Shown here piece by piece: positions 10,203 through 19,931 of a stretch of 64,000 nucleotides of DNA. The translations under genes were made by a program, and so were the position numbers. The stretch lies in NCBI GenBank assembly GCA_965226495.1, contig OZ245365.1, forward strand, positions 992,001 to 1,056,000, read 5' to 3'. This DNA is from Candidatus Marinacidobacterales bacterium. GTDB lineage: Bacteria; Acidobacteriota; Vicinamibacteria; Marinacidobacterales; DATDRI01. Every line of letters begins with the position of its first letter. Within the stretch, counting starts at the first letter, position 1. A model generated the notes under the pieces. That model saw only the letters and a program-made list of their open reading frames with translations, did no database searches and was not told where the DNA came from.

Positions 10203-12296
10203 TCACTCCAGGTCCATATCGACGATGAGATTGAACCACGCGTCGACTCGCGCCTGCGCCCCGGGTCCGATCACGACGGTAGATTCTCGCTCCTCCACGA
10301 TGGCCGGTCCCGGGAAGGCCTGACCGGCCACGAGTCGGTAACGGTCGTACACCGGCGCGTCTACGAACCCATTGGATTCGGGCATGTAGACGGAACGATG
10401 CCCTTTCAAGGTGTCCGGCTCCTGCCGGTCCGCCGGCGACTCTCCTCCGGTCCTCGGCAAGTGGAGATCGGGACGAGGGCCCTCGGCGATCACGCGCCAA
10501 CTCATGACGTCGATGGTGAGGTCGGATGGCAGGTGACCGTAAAGGACCTCGTAGCATTGCTCGAAGGCCTGCCGAATCGCAGCCTCGCTCTGGGGCCCGA
10601 GCTCGCCGTCGGGAATGGGCACCCGGATGTCGTATCCCTGGCGCCGGTAGCGCAGATCGCCGAAACGCCGGAACGTGATCTGACTCGCAGGAATCGTTCG
10701 GCCTAGGACCTCGAGACCCTGCTGTTCCATCTCGTCGAGGGCGCGGTTTGCCTTCGCCCACTCCATGGCCTCCAACTTTCCGGGGAGCGTGCGCACAAAG
10801 TCAAAAGCCAACGGCGCGGTGAGAAAGCCGACCGCGGAGGTGACCCCGGCCCCGAGCGGGAAGACCACCGACGGGCACCGCAGGATCCTCGCCACCCGGT
10901 AAGCATGGACCGGGCCCGCTCCCCCGAAGGCGAAGAGCGGCAACCGCGCGGGGTCCTTTCCACGTTCCACGGCGTGAATCCGGGCCGCCGAGGCCATGTT
11001 CTCGTTGACCACCTGATGGATTCCCCACGCCGCCGCCACCGGGTCGAGTCCCAACGGCTGGGCGATCTGCTTCCCGATGGTACCGAGCGCGGCTTCCCGA
11101 TCGAGCTGGAGCCGCCCCCCGAGAAAAAACGCCGGGTCTAGATAGCCGAGCACCAGATCCGCATCCGTGACCGTGGGTTCGGTGCCCCCTCGCCCGTAGC
11201 AGGCGGGTCCCGGACTCGCCCCGGCACTGTCGGGTCCCACCGTGAGCCGCCGCAACCTGTCGATCCGAGCGATGCTCCCACCGCCCGCGCCGATCTCGAT
11301 CATCTCGACAACCGGCACCTTGACCGGCAGCCCGCTTCCCTTTTTGAACCGGTACTTGCGATCCACCTCGAACTCGGGCGCGATAAGCGGCTCACCTTTG
11401 TCGATGATGCAGGCCTTGGCGGTGGTACCTCCCATGTCGAAGGAGAGAAGATCGGGGTACCGCATCAGCCGGCCGTAGTGCGCGGCAGCCAGCGCACCCG
11501 CGGCTGGCCCCGACTCAATGAGCCGGACCGGGAATCGACGCGCGGTGTCTACGTCGCACACGCCGCCGTTCGACTGCATGATGAACAGGGCCCCCTCGAG
11601 CCCGAGCGCTCTCAGCCGCGCCTGGAGGCTCAGGAGGTACCGGTCGGCCAGCCCCTGAACGTAGACGTTGACCAGCGCGGTGGAGGTACGGTCGTACTCC
11701 CGAATCTCCGGCACCACTTCGCAGGAAAGCGAACAGGCCATCTCGGGGGCATGCTTGCGGATGAGCTCCCCCACCGCCCGCTCGTGCGTGGGATTGCGAT
11801 AGCTGTGGAGGAGGGAGACCGCGACGGCTTCGACCCCTTCGGTGCGAAGTGTGTCGATGAGCCGCACCACCGCGTCTCGATCGACCGGCCGGTGGACGGT
11901 ACCGTCGGCGAGGATGCGCTCATCGAGCTCGAAGCGGAGATAGCGGGGCGCCAGGGGAGCCGGACGTTCCATGAGCAGGTCGTACATGTCGTAGCGATGC
12001 TCTCTCCCGATCTCTATGGCATCGCGGTACCCCTTGGTGGTGATCAGGGCCGTCTTGGCACCCTTGCGTTCGATGAGGGCGTTGGTGAGCAACGTGGTAC
12101 CGTGAATCGCATGAGACACCTCCGCCGCTGGCACTCGGGCGGCAGCGAGTAGCTCTTTCACACCCTGTTCCACCGCGTCCTCCGGTTGATCGGGTGTGGT
12201 CAGAACCTTGCCTATCTGGAAAAGAGATCCGGCGTCATCGACCAGGACCAGGTCGGTGAAAGTACCACCGATGTCGGCGCCGACGCGATACGTCAT
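10203..12296 (-). CDS. Hydantoinase A/oxoprolinase family subunit (ATP-binding)
   Basis: Starts MTYRVGADIGGTFTD. ESGPAAG, FDMGGTTAK, GAGGGSIA, PTVTDADL, FGGAGP. Confidence 0.9.
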   Translation of the reverse strand: MTYRVGADIGGTFTDLVLVDDAGSLFQIGKVLTTPDQPEDAVEQGVKELLAAARVPAAEVSHAIHGTTLLTNALIERKGAKTALITTKGYRDAIEIGREHRYDMYDLLMERPAPLAPRYLRFELDERILADGTVHRPVDRDAVVRLIDTLRTEGVEAVAVSLLHSYRNPTHERAVGELIRKHAPEMACSLSCEVVPEIREYDRTSTALVNVYVQGLADRYLLSLQARLRALGLEGALFIMQSNGGVCDVDTARRFPVRLIESGPAAGALAAAHYGRLMRYPDLLSFDMGGTTAKACIIDKGEPLIAPEFEVDRKYRFKKGSGLPVKVPVVEMIEIGAGGGSIARIDRLRRLTVGPDSAGASPGPACYGRGGTEPTVTDADLVLGYLDPAFFLGGRLQLDREAALGTIGKQIAQPLGLDPVAAAWGIHQVVNENMASAARIHAVERGKDPARLPLFAFGGAGPVHAYRVARILRCPSVVFPLGAGVTSAVGFLTAPLAFDFVRTLPGKLEAMEWAKANRALDEMEQQGLEVLGRTIPASQITFRRFGDLRYRRQGYDIRVPIPDGELGPQSEAAIRQAFEQCYEVLYGHLPSDLTIDVMSWRVIAEGPRPDLHLPRTGGESPADRQEPDTLKGHRSVYMPESNGFVDAPVYDRYRLVAGQAFPGPAIVEERESTVVIGPGAQARVDAWFNLIVDMDLE

Positions 12297-12331
12297 CGAT
12301 CCAGCTCCGGTGCCAGGCTCACGAGGTTTTC

Positions 12332-13705
12332 TCAGCGAGGCTCGTAGAGATCGGTTGTGGGATAGAAGGCGTACCAGCCAAACCAATACGCATTGTGACC
12401 CGGCAGTCGGGGAAGCTGAAGGCTGCCGGACTCATCGAGCAGAGAGTCCTCGGTCACCTTCCAGGCAGAGCCCGAGCCCTCCTCGATCAGCTCGCCATCC
12501 TTACTGCCTCGTTTGAACCGACGGCCGTCTGATTCGTAGGCTCGCACCGCCCCCGAGCTCTTCTCGACCATCAGCACCAACTCCTTACCACCCAGGCGAT
12601 CGTGGACGATGCGCTTCTTCTTCAGCGTTTTCAGCGGGTACGCCTTGGGTTTGCCATTCACGATAAGGGCAAAGACCCAGTCCTTCTTTTTCAAGCGGTC
12701 GCTTTGAAGCCAAACTGGAAACATGGTGTCGTCAGAACGGAAGTACTCCTCATAGGGACTCTTGCGGTAATCCAGTTCGTATCCCGTATCTGGATCGAGC
12801 ACTTCGGTATCGGGATGAAGCCTCACCCATTCCTTCCATGTCGTCACCACAGCTGGCAGCATCTTCAGCTTGATCCCCGAGTTGGCTAGCTTCCCCGAGA
12901 TCGGTTCACCGGTTAGATTGCTCCAAAGGCTTTGTGTCTGGTGATCGTACATGAGCTTGTTCGACCGGTAGAGCAGCCCCGACGAGCCAAAGGTAAATTG
13001 TTGCGTCTCGACCCGACCGTCATAGAGAATTCCCGAGCCACAGAGCGTGCAATATGAAAGGCTTATCGGGGTCTCTCCTACTACGTCATTCGTCATTTCG
13101 TGCCAATCGAGGATCCGGTGAGGGTAGGCTCTCGCAACGCCGTCTATGTAGACCCCAAAGACCAGGTCTTTGGGGCGGAGGTACGCTGCATCCGCGGCGC
13201 GGACAACGGATGGGTTCTGAAGAGCCGGAATGCCGTCCTTCTTGACTCCACCCCACTCAATTTCTTCGGGACGGATGCGGAAGGTAAAGCCTGGATCCAG
13301 GAATCGACGGAAAGCGGGATCGTAAAGGCCGAAGACCGATCTCTTAAAGGCGAGATAGCCCGGCTTGGGTTTGATCTCTTCGTGACCGCCGATCCATTTC
13401 GTCCAGCCCAGCTTCGGGTTGTCCTGGACTTGGTCGCTAGCAATGTGCTCCATGATGGCGACGACTTCCTCCGCCCGGCCGCCGTCCTCAATCACATAGT
13501 AGAAGGCGAGGACATCATTGAGTGCGGCGAGAAGGGTCTTGTCTCCCGAAGCGACAAGCCGCTCGCCCGCCTTCCTGCGAACAGCGCCGTCCTTTGAAAG
13601 TAGATCCACGACGAGTTGGTAACTCCCCTCGACGGGAAAGGACTCGCCCATTCCCACGGCTAGAGAGAGCACCGCCGCCAGAAGGAGGTGAACGGTTTTC
13701 AACAT
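12332..13705 (-). CDS. DUF3179 domain secreted protein
   Basis: WGGVKKDGIPAL, RAYPHRILDWHEMTND, YCTLCGSG, FGSSGLLYRSNKLMYD, YWFGWYAFYP. Signal peptide from MLKTV. Confidence 0.85.
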   Translation of the reverse strand: MLKTVHLLLAAVLSLAVGMGESFPVEGSYQLVVDLLSKDGAVRRKAGERLVASGDKTLLAALNDVLAFYYVIEDGGRAEEVVAIMEHIASDQVQDNPKLGWTKWIGGHEEIKPKPGYLAFKRSVFGLYDPAFRRFLDPGFTFRIRPEEIEWGGVKKDGIPALQNPSVVRAADAAYLRPKDLVFGVYIDGVARAYPHRILDWHEMTNDVVGETPISLSYCTLCGSGILYDGRVETQQFTFGSSGLLYRSNKLMYDHQTQSLWSNLTGEPISGKLANSGIKLKMLPAVVTTWKEWVRLHPDTEVLDPDTGYELDYRKSPYEEYFRSDDTMFPVWLQSDRLKKKDWVFALIVNGKPKAYPLKTLKKKRIVHDRLGGKELVLMVEKSSGAVRAYESDGRRFKRGSKDGELIEEGSGSAWKVTEDSLLDESGSLQLPRLPGHNAYWFGWYAFYPTTDLYEPR

Positions 13706-13805
13706 CTGATCTCCTGGCCAGAACAAAACCGTCCTCGCTCAGGAGACGCGAGGAGCTAGAAGCCGGTCGCAACCACAAACGAAGCGCCGGATCACTTTAG
13801 TAAAC

Positions 13806-13844
13806 AAAAAAAGGGGAAGAGGAGAGTCAATCTCCTCTTCCCCT
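13806..13844 (-). terminator. Rho-independent terminator of the TonB receptor gene
   Basis: 14-bp stem aggggaagaggaga/tctcctcttcccct with a 5-nt loop, followed on the minus strand by a T7 run, about 15 nt after the stop. Confidence 0.9.
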
Positions 13845-13859
13845 GTGGTCAACGACTCG

Positions 13860-16829
13860 CTACCAGAGGAAACGAAACGCTATCTCGGCCTGCCTCGCAT
13901 CCTGGGCGCTTAGGATCTGTCCGAACGATGGGGAAAGAGAATTTTGTACGTTCGGGGGGGTGAGGAAGCGCGCACCTAGATTGACGTTGTTGAGGACGTT
14001 GAACACCTGAAACATGAGCTCGACGGCCGCGCCGCCACCCACCTGAATCTGCTTGCTCACGCGCAAATCCAAGTTGAGGTAGCGGGTGCTATCGATCTGG
14101 TCTTCAGAGAGCGCGGCCAATCCGTTCTGGGCCCTCCAATCGTTCACCAAGGACATGTCGAGATCGCGGTTCCCCTGGTTGCGGGTGGTGCCCGGCACGT
14201 AGTCGCCATCGGCGCCGCTGGCGAAGCCGTCCCCATTGAGATCCCTACCTGCTTTCGCACTGAAGGGCATCGACGTGCGGAAGGTCCAGATTCCGGAAAG
14301 CCCGATCTCGTACGGGAGAATCACGAAGCCGGAGGTCACGAGCATGTGCCGACGGTCAATGGTGAAGTTCCCGTAATCATCCTCGCGCTGCAACTGATTC
14401 ACGAAACGCCGACCCGGGTTGTTATCGTTCCCCTTCTGCCAGGTGTAGCTCACGAGGTACTGGTAGTTGTCCTTGAGGCGCCTGTCGAGCTTTACGTATA
14501 GGCCCCTGTAATCGGTCTTGGAGATGGACTGCCTTTCGTCGATTCGGCCGAACGTGGGATCGGGCCGCAGGCCGGTGATTGGGTCCCTTGGGTTTAGGTC
14601 GACCCGCTTTCGGTCGTCCCGGGTACGGGTATAAAGGAAGTCCGCGTTGAACGAAAATCCTGGTACGACCTCTCTCTCGAAACCGAAGTTCACCTGTTGC
14701 GACTGGGGATTGTGAAAGTCTTCGGCCAAGAAGCCGACGTTCTGTACTCCTGAGGTTATAAATTCCAGCTGGTCCCGGCCCCCGTAGGGATCGGGAAAGG
14801 GTGGATTGCTGATCCGGAGACTTAATCGGCCAAAGTTTCGATACTCGAAGAAGTTCGCCAAGGTGCGGATGTTGTCGTAGTAGATGCCGTATCCGCCACG
14901 GATCACCGTCTTGGCGTCACCCGCAGGGTCATAGGCGAAGCCAAAACGAGGGCCGATGTTGTTCCCATCTCCCCTGTCCGATGGGTTTGGCTGGCCGGGA
15001 ATCGGAAGGACGATGCTTTTCAGCGCGGCTACGACATCGGGTGCGACGGCGGGGATTTGGCCGTCGAGGATGGGATAGTCGTCGATGTTCAGGTTCTCGT
15101 TGAAGGAGCCATACTGCCGATCGTAACGGATACCCAGGTTGAAGGTCAATTTTTCGTTCGGCGACCAGTCATCCTGGAAATAAATGGCCAAGTGCGATGA
15201 GTCGACCCGCGTATAGGATGGCGGCAAGCTGTTGGTAAACACAATCGGAAAGGTGCTGGGATCGTTCGGATCGTAGGGATCGTTGGTGGCGAAGGTATAG
15301 TTTCCTCCGTCAAAATTCTGTGCCGAGCTGTCCTCGAAGGGTATGTTGCTGTAGTCGACACCCACCTTGAAATTGTGGTCCCCTCCCCAGTCGCTCTTGA
15401 AGTAGGTAAAGTCGTCGCGGAACTCCCGGCGATACTCGGGTCCAAGCTCGTCGAAGTTACCGCCGTCGACGACATTGGGACGGATGGTGACGCGCTGGAT
15501 GTTGGCTAGCCGTTCCGGAGGAAACTCGTTCACCTTGGTAAAGACCGGAGTTCCGGAGGGAGCGATCTGGTACTCGGAGTAGGCCCACTGGAACTTGAAC
15601 TCGTTGAGGGCCGACGCATTCAAGATCGAAGTCAGTCCGACGACCAGCGCCTTCCGAGGGACTTGGTTGTCGAAACCTGCATTTTCCCTTCGAAAGCCGC
15701 CACAGCGGAAGCAGCCCGTCAATTCATCCTGCTGTGCGTAGCGGGCGAAGAGGTTATGCGTGTCCGAGATGGTTTGATCCCATCGAACCGAGAAGAGGTT
15801 CCGATAGAACTCTCTGGGAAAGGCTCCGTCAAACTCCGGGAACACTCCACCCGTGTTAACCGTAAAGGCCGCCTCCTGGTCGGTCCTTTCGAAAGCCACG
15901 TAAATATGACTCTTGTCCTTTACGATAGCTCCTCCCGCGCTAGCGCCAAACTGGTGACGGTAGAAGTCGGGCTCCGCGATACCGAGCTCTTGGTTGAAGT
16001 GGTTATTTTGATTCGACGCCTGGTTCCGGTAGTACCAGAATGCGTTGCCCTGGAGATTGTTCGTCCCCGACTTGGTCACCACCGTGATGACCCCGGCAGT
16101 GGCCAGTCCGTACTCGGCTTTGGCCTGAGTGTTGATGACCTTGAACTCCTCCACGGCATCTTGGGGCAGGTCCTGTCGAGGCTCTCCCTGCTCCGCCCAA
16201 GTATTCACCATCCCATCGGCGACAAAGGCAGTCGAATAAAACGTGGCTCCTGAGGAAATATTAACGTTGTTGTAGTACGGACGGGCACCATCCTGGCTAG
16301 TGCCGGGCATGAGCAGGGCCAGGTTCAGGTACTGGCGCGAGTTCAGCGGCAAGTTGTCGATTTGGTCCTGGGCGACCACTCCCGAGATCTCGGCCTTGGT
16401 GATCTCCACCAAGGGCGACTCTCCGGTGACGGTAACACTCTCGGCGACGGTCGCCAGCTCCGCTTGGAAGCCGATGGGCGCCTCCTGCCCAATCTGCAAA
16501 ATGATGCCGGTCATCGTCATCGTCTTGAACCCATCCAGCACCATGACCAATGAGTACGTGCCCGGTTGCAGCGCAGGAATGCGGTAGCGGCCCGCTGGGC
16601 CGGTGACGGCAGAGCGGCTGAATCCGGTTTCTTCGTTCGTGGCCGTGATGGTCGCGCCAGGGACAACCCCACCAGAGGGGTCCTGGACCGTTCCGAACAC
16701 GGCCGCAGCGGTGCTCTGAGCCTCGGCGGTAGCGGGTGCGAGATGAAAGATGAGTAGTGCAGCCATACATAGCACCAGCCAGCCTCGAGCATTGGGTAAT
16801 TTTGGGAAAAGCCCTGATCTGTAAATCAT
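13860..16829 (-). CDS. Oar-type TonB-dependent receptor with carboxypeptidase-regulatory N-terminal domain
   Basis: GTVQDPSGGVVPGATIT, LPLNSRQYLNLALLMPG, VTKSGTN, PRFGFAYDP, C-terminal FRFLW. GGAGG RBS. Confidence 0.92.
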   Translation of the reverse strand: MIYRSGLFPKLPNARGWLVLCMAALLIFHLAPATAEAQSTAAAVFGTVQDPSGGVVPGATITATNEETGFSRSAVTGPAGRYRIPALQPGTYSLVMVLDGFKTMTMTGIILQIGQEAPIGFQAELATVAESVTVTGESPLVEITKAEISGVVAQDQIDNLPLNSRQYLNLALLMPGTSQDGARPYYNNVNISSGATFYSTAFVADGMVNTWAEQGEPRQDLPQDAVEEFKVINTQAKAEYGLATAGVITVVTKSGTNNLQGNAFWYYRNQASNQNNHFNQELGIAEPDFYRHQFGASAGGAIVKDKSHIYVAFERTDQEAAFTVNTGGVFPEFDGAFPREFYRNLFSVRWDQTISDTHNLFARYAQQDELTGCFRCGGFRRENAGFDNQVPRKALVVGLTSILNASALNEFKFQWAYSEYQIAPSGTPVFTKVNEFPPERLANIQRVTIRPNVVDGGNFDELGPEYRREFRDDFTYFKSDWGGDHNFKVGVDYSNIPFEDSSAQNFDGGNYTFATNDPYDPNDPSTFPIVFTNSLPPSYTRVDSSHLAIYFQDDWSPNEKLTFNLGIRYDRQYGSFNENLNIDDYPILDGQIPAVAPDVVAALKSIVLPIPGQPNPSDRGDGNNIGPRFGFAYDPAGDAKTVIRGGYGIYYDNIRTLANFFEYRNFGRLSLRISNPPFPDPYGGRDQLEFITSGVQNVGFLAEDFHNPQSQQVNFGFEREVVPGFSFNADFLYTRTRDDRKRVDLNPRDPITGLRPDPTFGRIDERQSISKTDYRGLYVKLDRRLKDNYQYLVSYTWQKGNDNNPGRRFVNQLQREDDYGNFTIDRRHMLVTSGFVILPYEIGLSGIWTFRTSMPFSAKAGRDLNGDGFASGADGDYVPGTTRNQGNRDLDMSLVNDWRAQNGLAALSEDQIDSTRYLNLDLRVSKQIQVGGGAAVELMFQVFNVLNNVNLGARFLTPPNVQNSLSPSFGQILSAQDARQAEIAFRFLW

Positions 16830-16916
16830 TGCTCATACCTCCCCGGCCTCTTTGGCCGCTGTTTCTTGGCTCCTTGACGAGCCAATGATTGGTATATAAT
16901 CCATTAGAGTTGGAAA

Positions 16917-16932
16917 TGCAAGCAAAGCGCCA
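16917..16932 (-). promoter_or_regulatory. Candidate sigma54 -24/-12 promoter for the TonB receptor
   Basis: TGGCGC-TTTGC-TTGCA matches TGGCRC-N5-TTGCW, about 90 nt upstream of the ATG. Confidence 0.5.
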
Positions 16933-17192
16933 ACTTTTCAAAAGAAAGGGGAGAATCTTAACTGCTTCATTTTCAAGTACGTGGAGAAGTTGGTGTCTCG
17001 AGGAAAGCCCCTGGCGAGCCTGAAAAATCCATGAATCTGTATGTAGATCCAAGTCCTCGGAGATCGACCCCGATTCAGACTATGAAGTCAAGAGAACCCC
17101 AGAGCGTCTTGGACCGAATGTACCCGTCCTTTCTGTTCTTGACATCCGCAGCTTCTTTCTAGTAGAAGGCCTTACGGAGTTCCTGTAAGACG

Positions 17193-18434
17193 ATGCCATC
17201 CACTTCCTCTTCGACTCGCTGGTACGGGGAAATCACATCCGTTCAACGCCGGAGCCTTCTCGCCGCATCGCTTGGCTGGATGCTCGACAGCATGGACGTG
17301 CAGCTCTATGCGTTGATTCTGCTCGAAGTGATGCGGGACTTGGAGATGGACAAGGGCACCGGGGGTTTCCTGGCGTCGCTTACTTTGCTCTCCTCGGCTG
17401 CGGGCGGCGTTCTCTTCGGGATTCTGGCCGATCGAATCGGGCGCACTCGGGCGCTCATGCTCAGCATTCTCATCTACTCCGTGTTTACGGCAGCATGCGG
17501 TTTCTCCCAGACGGTCTTTCAACTCGCGATGTTTCGCGTGCTACTCGGTTTCGGGATGGGAGGGGAGTGGGCCTCTGGCGCCGCTCTCGTCGCGGAGACG
17601 TGGCCAGCTAAACACCGAGGCAAGGCCATGGGCATCATGCAGAGCTCTTGGGCTGTTGGTTATGCGTCGGCGGCAGGCGTTACCGCTTTGATCCTTCCAA
17701 CTCTCGGCTGGCGCGCCGTCTTCTTCGTCGGGATTCTCCCCGCCTTGCTGACGCTGTGGATCCGGAGAAGGGTGGCCGAACCGGAGATCTGGGTTCGCTC
17801 GCGCGAACAATCGAACGCCGAGCCCATCAGTATCTGGACCATCTTTTCTCCGCGCTACCTCCGGAACACTCTTTTGATCACGTTCATGAATGCCGGAACC
17901 ATGTTCGCCTGGTGGGGGCTCTTCACATGGGTTCCTACTTATCTGAGACTTCCCCCCGAGCAAGGTGGCGCCGGCCTCACCGTTGTCGGCTCGTCCGTCT
18001 GGATCATTGTGCTGACCGTTGGTCAGTGGTTTGGCTATATATCCTTCGGCTTCATCGCCGACTCACTGGGTCGCAAGAAGGCCTACCTTCTATACCTTCT
18101 AGTAGCCGCAGCGCTGGTACCTGTCTACGGCAGCACTCGCGACCCTACTGCGCTTTTGGTGCTGGGGCCCTTCTTGGCGTTCTTCGGCACCGGCTACTTC
18201 TCCGGTTTTGGCGTGATCAGCGCCGAGCTCTTTCCGACCCGCATCCGCGCATCGGCGCAGGGGTTAACCTATAACATTGGAAGGGTGGCAAGCGCTGCCG
18301 CTCCTTTTGTGGTGGGCACACTGGCCGAGAAGTATGGGCTCGGGATGGCGTTCAATGTGACTGCGGCGGCCTTTCTCTTCTCCGCCGCACTCGCCGCCTT
18401 CCTTCCCGAAACGCGGGGTAAGGAACTCGAGTAG
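17193..18434 (+). CDS. MFS transporter (SHS/NanT-like organic acid family)
   Basis: LGWMLDSMD, GILADRIGR, GFGMGGEW, AELFPTRIRASAQG, LPETRGKELE. About 12 hydrophobic segments. Confidence 0.9.
   Translation: MPSTSSSTRWYGEITSVQRRSLLAASLGWMLDSMDVQLYALILLEVMRDLEMDKGTGGFLASLTLLSSAAGGVLFGILADRIGRTRALMLSILIYSVFTAACGFSQTVFQLAMFRVLLGFGMGGEWASGAALVAETWPAKHRGKAMGIMQSSWAVGYASAAGVTALILPTLGWRAVFFVGILPALLTLWIRRRVAEPEIWVRSREQSNAEPISIWTIFSPRYLRNTLLITFMNAGTMFAWWGLFTWVPTYLRLPPEQGGAGLTVVGSSVWIIVLTVGQWFGYISFGFIADSLGRKKAYLLYLLVAAALVPVYGSTRDPTALLVLGPFLAFFGTGYFSGFGVISAELFPTRIRASAQGLTYNIGRVASAAAPFVVGTLAEKYGLGMAFNVTAAAFLFSAALAAFLPETRGKELE
18162..18434 (+). repeat. Direct repeat copy 1 (3' end of the MFS gene)
   Basis: Matches 19932-20204 at offset 1770. 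Seven mismatches over 18181-18433, plus TAG vs TAA stop. Confidence 0.95.
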
Positions 18435-18510
18435 TCCGCTCTGCGCCGCGCGGCTTTCAGCTCGCGGTGCCTAGAGTGTTTGGCTAGCTGCGGCCGGATC
18501 ATATAGGTCG

Positions 18511-19797
18511 CTACGAGAGCGCCTCCAGGTTGCTAGCGGCGATCTCTCTCATAGAAGCGGAGAGGCTGTCGTTCTCGCTACCCCTTCGCCAAAACGTTGC
18601 GGCGAGGGAGCTCGCTTGACTCCAGACGTCCCAAGTTTCGGCGGTAGGCGTTGGGCGTACGAACTCCCGGTTCGGTAGTTGCCCGTCGCCCGTAGGTGCA
18701 TAGAGCGTAGGCAATTGGTCGAAGGCAGGTGCGAGCGTGTAGCGCCTCGGCTCCACCGTCATGTTTTCGCCTTCACCCTTGTGTGCCGGAAACAGCGCGA
18801 TGTTGTAGTGATGGCGGTCTTCGTTCGCGATCAGTCGTGCGAAGGCTTCATAAAGCTGTAGCCGCCGCGCATCCTCGGTCGAAAGCCCCCGAACCTGGGC
18901 GAGTCGAGTGGCGATGCGAGCCCACGTGTCTGTCAGATCGTCGTGCGCCGCGGCAAGGGTCATTATGGCGCACCTGCCGCGTTCGCCGATTCGGTCGAAA
19001 CGCTCGACTTCCAAGAACCGATAGGTGCCCGTTTCTATGAGCCGCGCGTTCGCAGCCGCTACACCACCACCCCGCAGAACTTCCAACGCGAGTGCCTCGA
19101 GGCTCAACAGGTCCAGCCAACGCTGCGCGAGTGCGGACTCCCCTTGGGCGGTGAACTTGACCAGGTAATGCCGACCTTCCACATAGGCACCGAACTTCGG
19201 TCTTTCGCCGCCGGCGGAGGAGCCCGGCGGGTCGCCTGCCGTAGCGGCCTCAGCGAGTTCGCGGTAATCATCCCGGGTCACCGGCGAAGGCGGGTTGGAA
19301 GACCATCGTTCCATGGATTCGTCGCCGAGGAGAAGGTTTCCGGGAAGGTTTTCACCACGCCGAGCCAAGGCCACCACGGTATGATCATCCGACCAGTCGC
19401 TGATGCGTGGGGGAACGCGCAGGTCCGGATGCTGGTTCGAAAAGGCGCGACCCATGAACCCGGAGGGCCGCATATCACCAACTTCTGGCGGGAGCCCAAA
19501 AAAGATCACTCCAGATGGCAACCACGCTGTTTCGTGGCGCGCCAAAACGAAAAGCCGGCCCACCGGATGCGGTCTGCCGGTGTCGTCGATTCGGAAAAGC
19601 GGGACGTCAGATCCCGCGAGCCCAGAGATTTCACGCCGTAGCCCATAGCGAGTGGCTCGTCCGCGGCCGATGCGGACGATCTTGTCGCCCTCGGCGCGGA
19701 CACGGCTCATCAACGTTTGCGGCGAAATTCCAAGGGCGTCGGTGAGGCGTCCGGCCGGGACGACTCCTCGCTGAAGCTGATCGGTGAGGGCGCTCAT
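18511..19797 (-). CDS. yjjJ: HipA-family kinase, YjjJ type (N-terminal HTH plus kinase)
   Basis: LGISPQTLMSR HTH, GRGRATRY, DMRPSGFMGR, SSAGGERPKF, FLEVERFDR, LIANEDRH, LAPAFDQLP. Confidence 0.88.
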   Translation of the reverse strand: MSALTDQLQRGVVPAGRLTDALGISPQTLMSRVRAEGDKIVRIGRGRATRYGLRREISGLAGSDVPLFRIDDTGRPHPVGRLFVLARHETAWLPSGVIFFGLPPEVGDMRPSGFMGRAFSNQHPDLRVPPRISDWSDDHTVVALARRGENLPGNLLLGDESMERWSSNPPSPVTRDDYRELAEAATAGDPPGSSAGGERPKFGAYVEGRHYLVKFTAQGESALAQRWLDLLSLEALALEVLRGGGVAAANARLIETGTYRFLEVERFDRIGERGRCAIMTLAAAHDDLTDTWARIATRLAQVRGLSTEDARRLQLYEAFARLIANEDRHHYNIALFPAHKGEGENMTVEPRRYTLAPAFDQLPTLYAPTGDGQLPNREFVRPTPTAETWDVWSQASSLAATFWRRGSENDSLSASMREIAASNLEALS

Positions 19798-19925
19798 TTT
19801 TGGAATGATTTTAGAATGATTAAATATGATTATAACTATATATAAATAAATAGTTAAATGGCTTAATTATTTTTTAAACATCATATTTACAGAATGATTA
19901 TAGAACGATTATTGTCACAAAGCAA
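19798..19925 (-). promoter_or_regulatory. AT-rich yjjJ promoter with phased direct repeats
   Basis: Minus strand TTGCTT (19920-19925), 17 nt, TATAAT (19897-19902). GAA(T/C)GATT repeats at 19803, 19814, 19892 and 19903, plus a degenerate copy at 19824. Confidence 0.7.
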
Positions 19926-19931
19926 GCGCCC

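Noticed and set aside
8437-10323. 628-aa plus-strand ORF and other long antisense ORFs
   Set aside because: Shadow frames opposite clear genes in GC-rich DNA, with no recognisable motifs.
13040-13060. Selenocysteine in the DUF3179 CxxC motif
   Set aside because: Both positions are ordinary Cys codons in an open frame.
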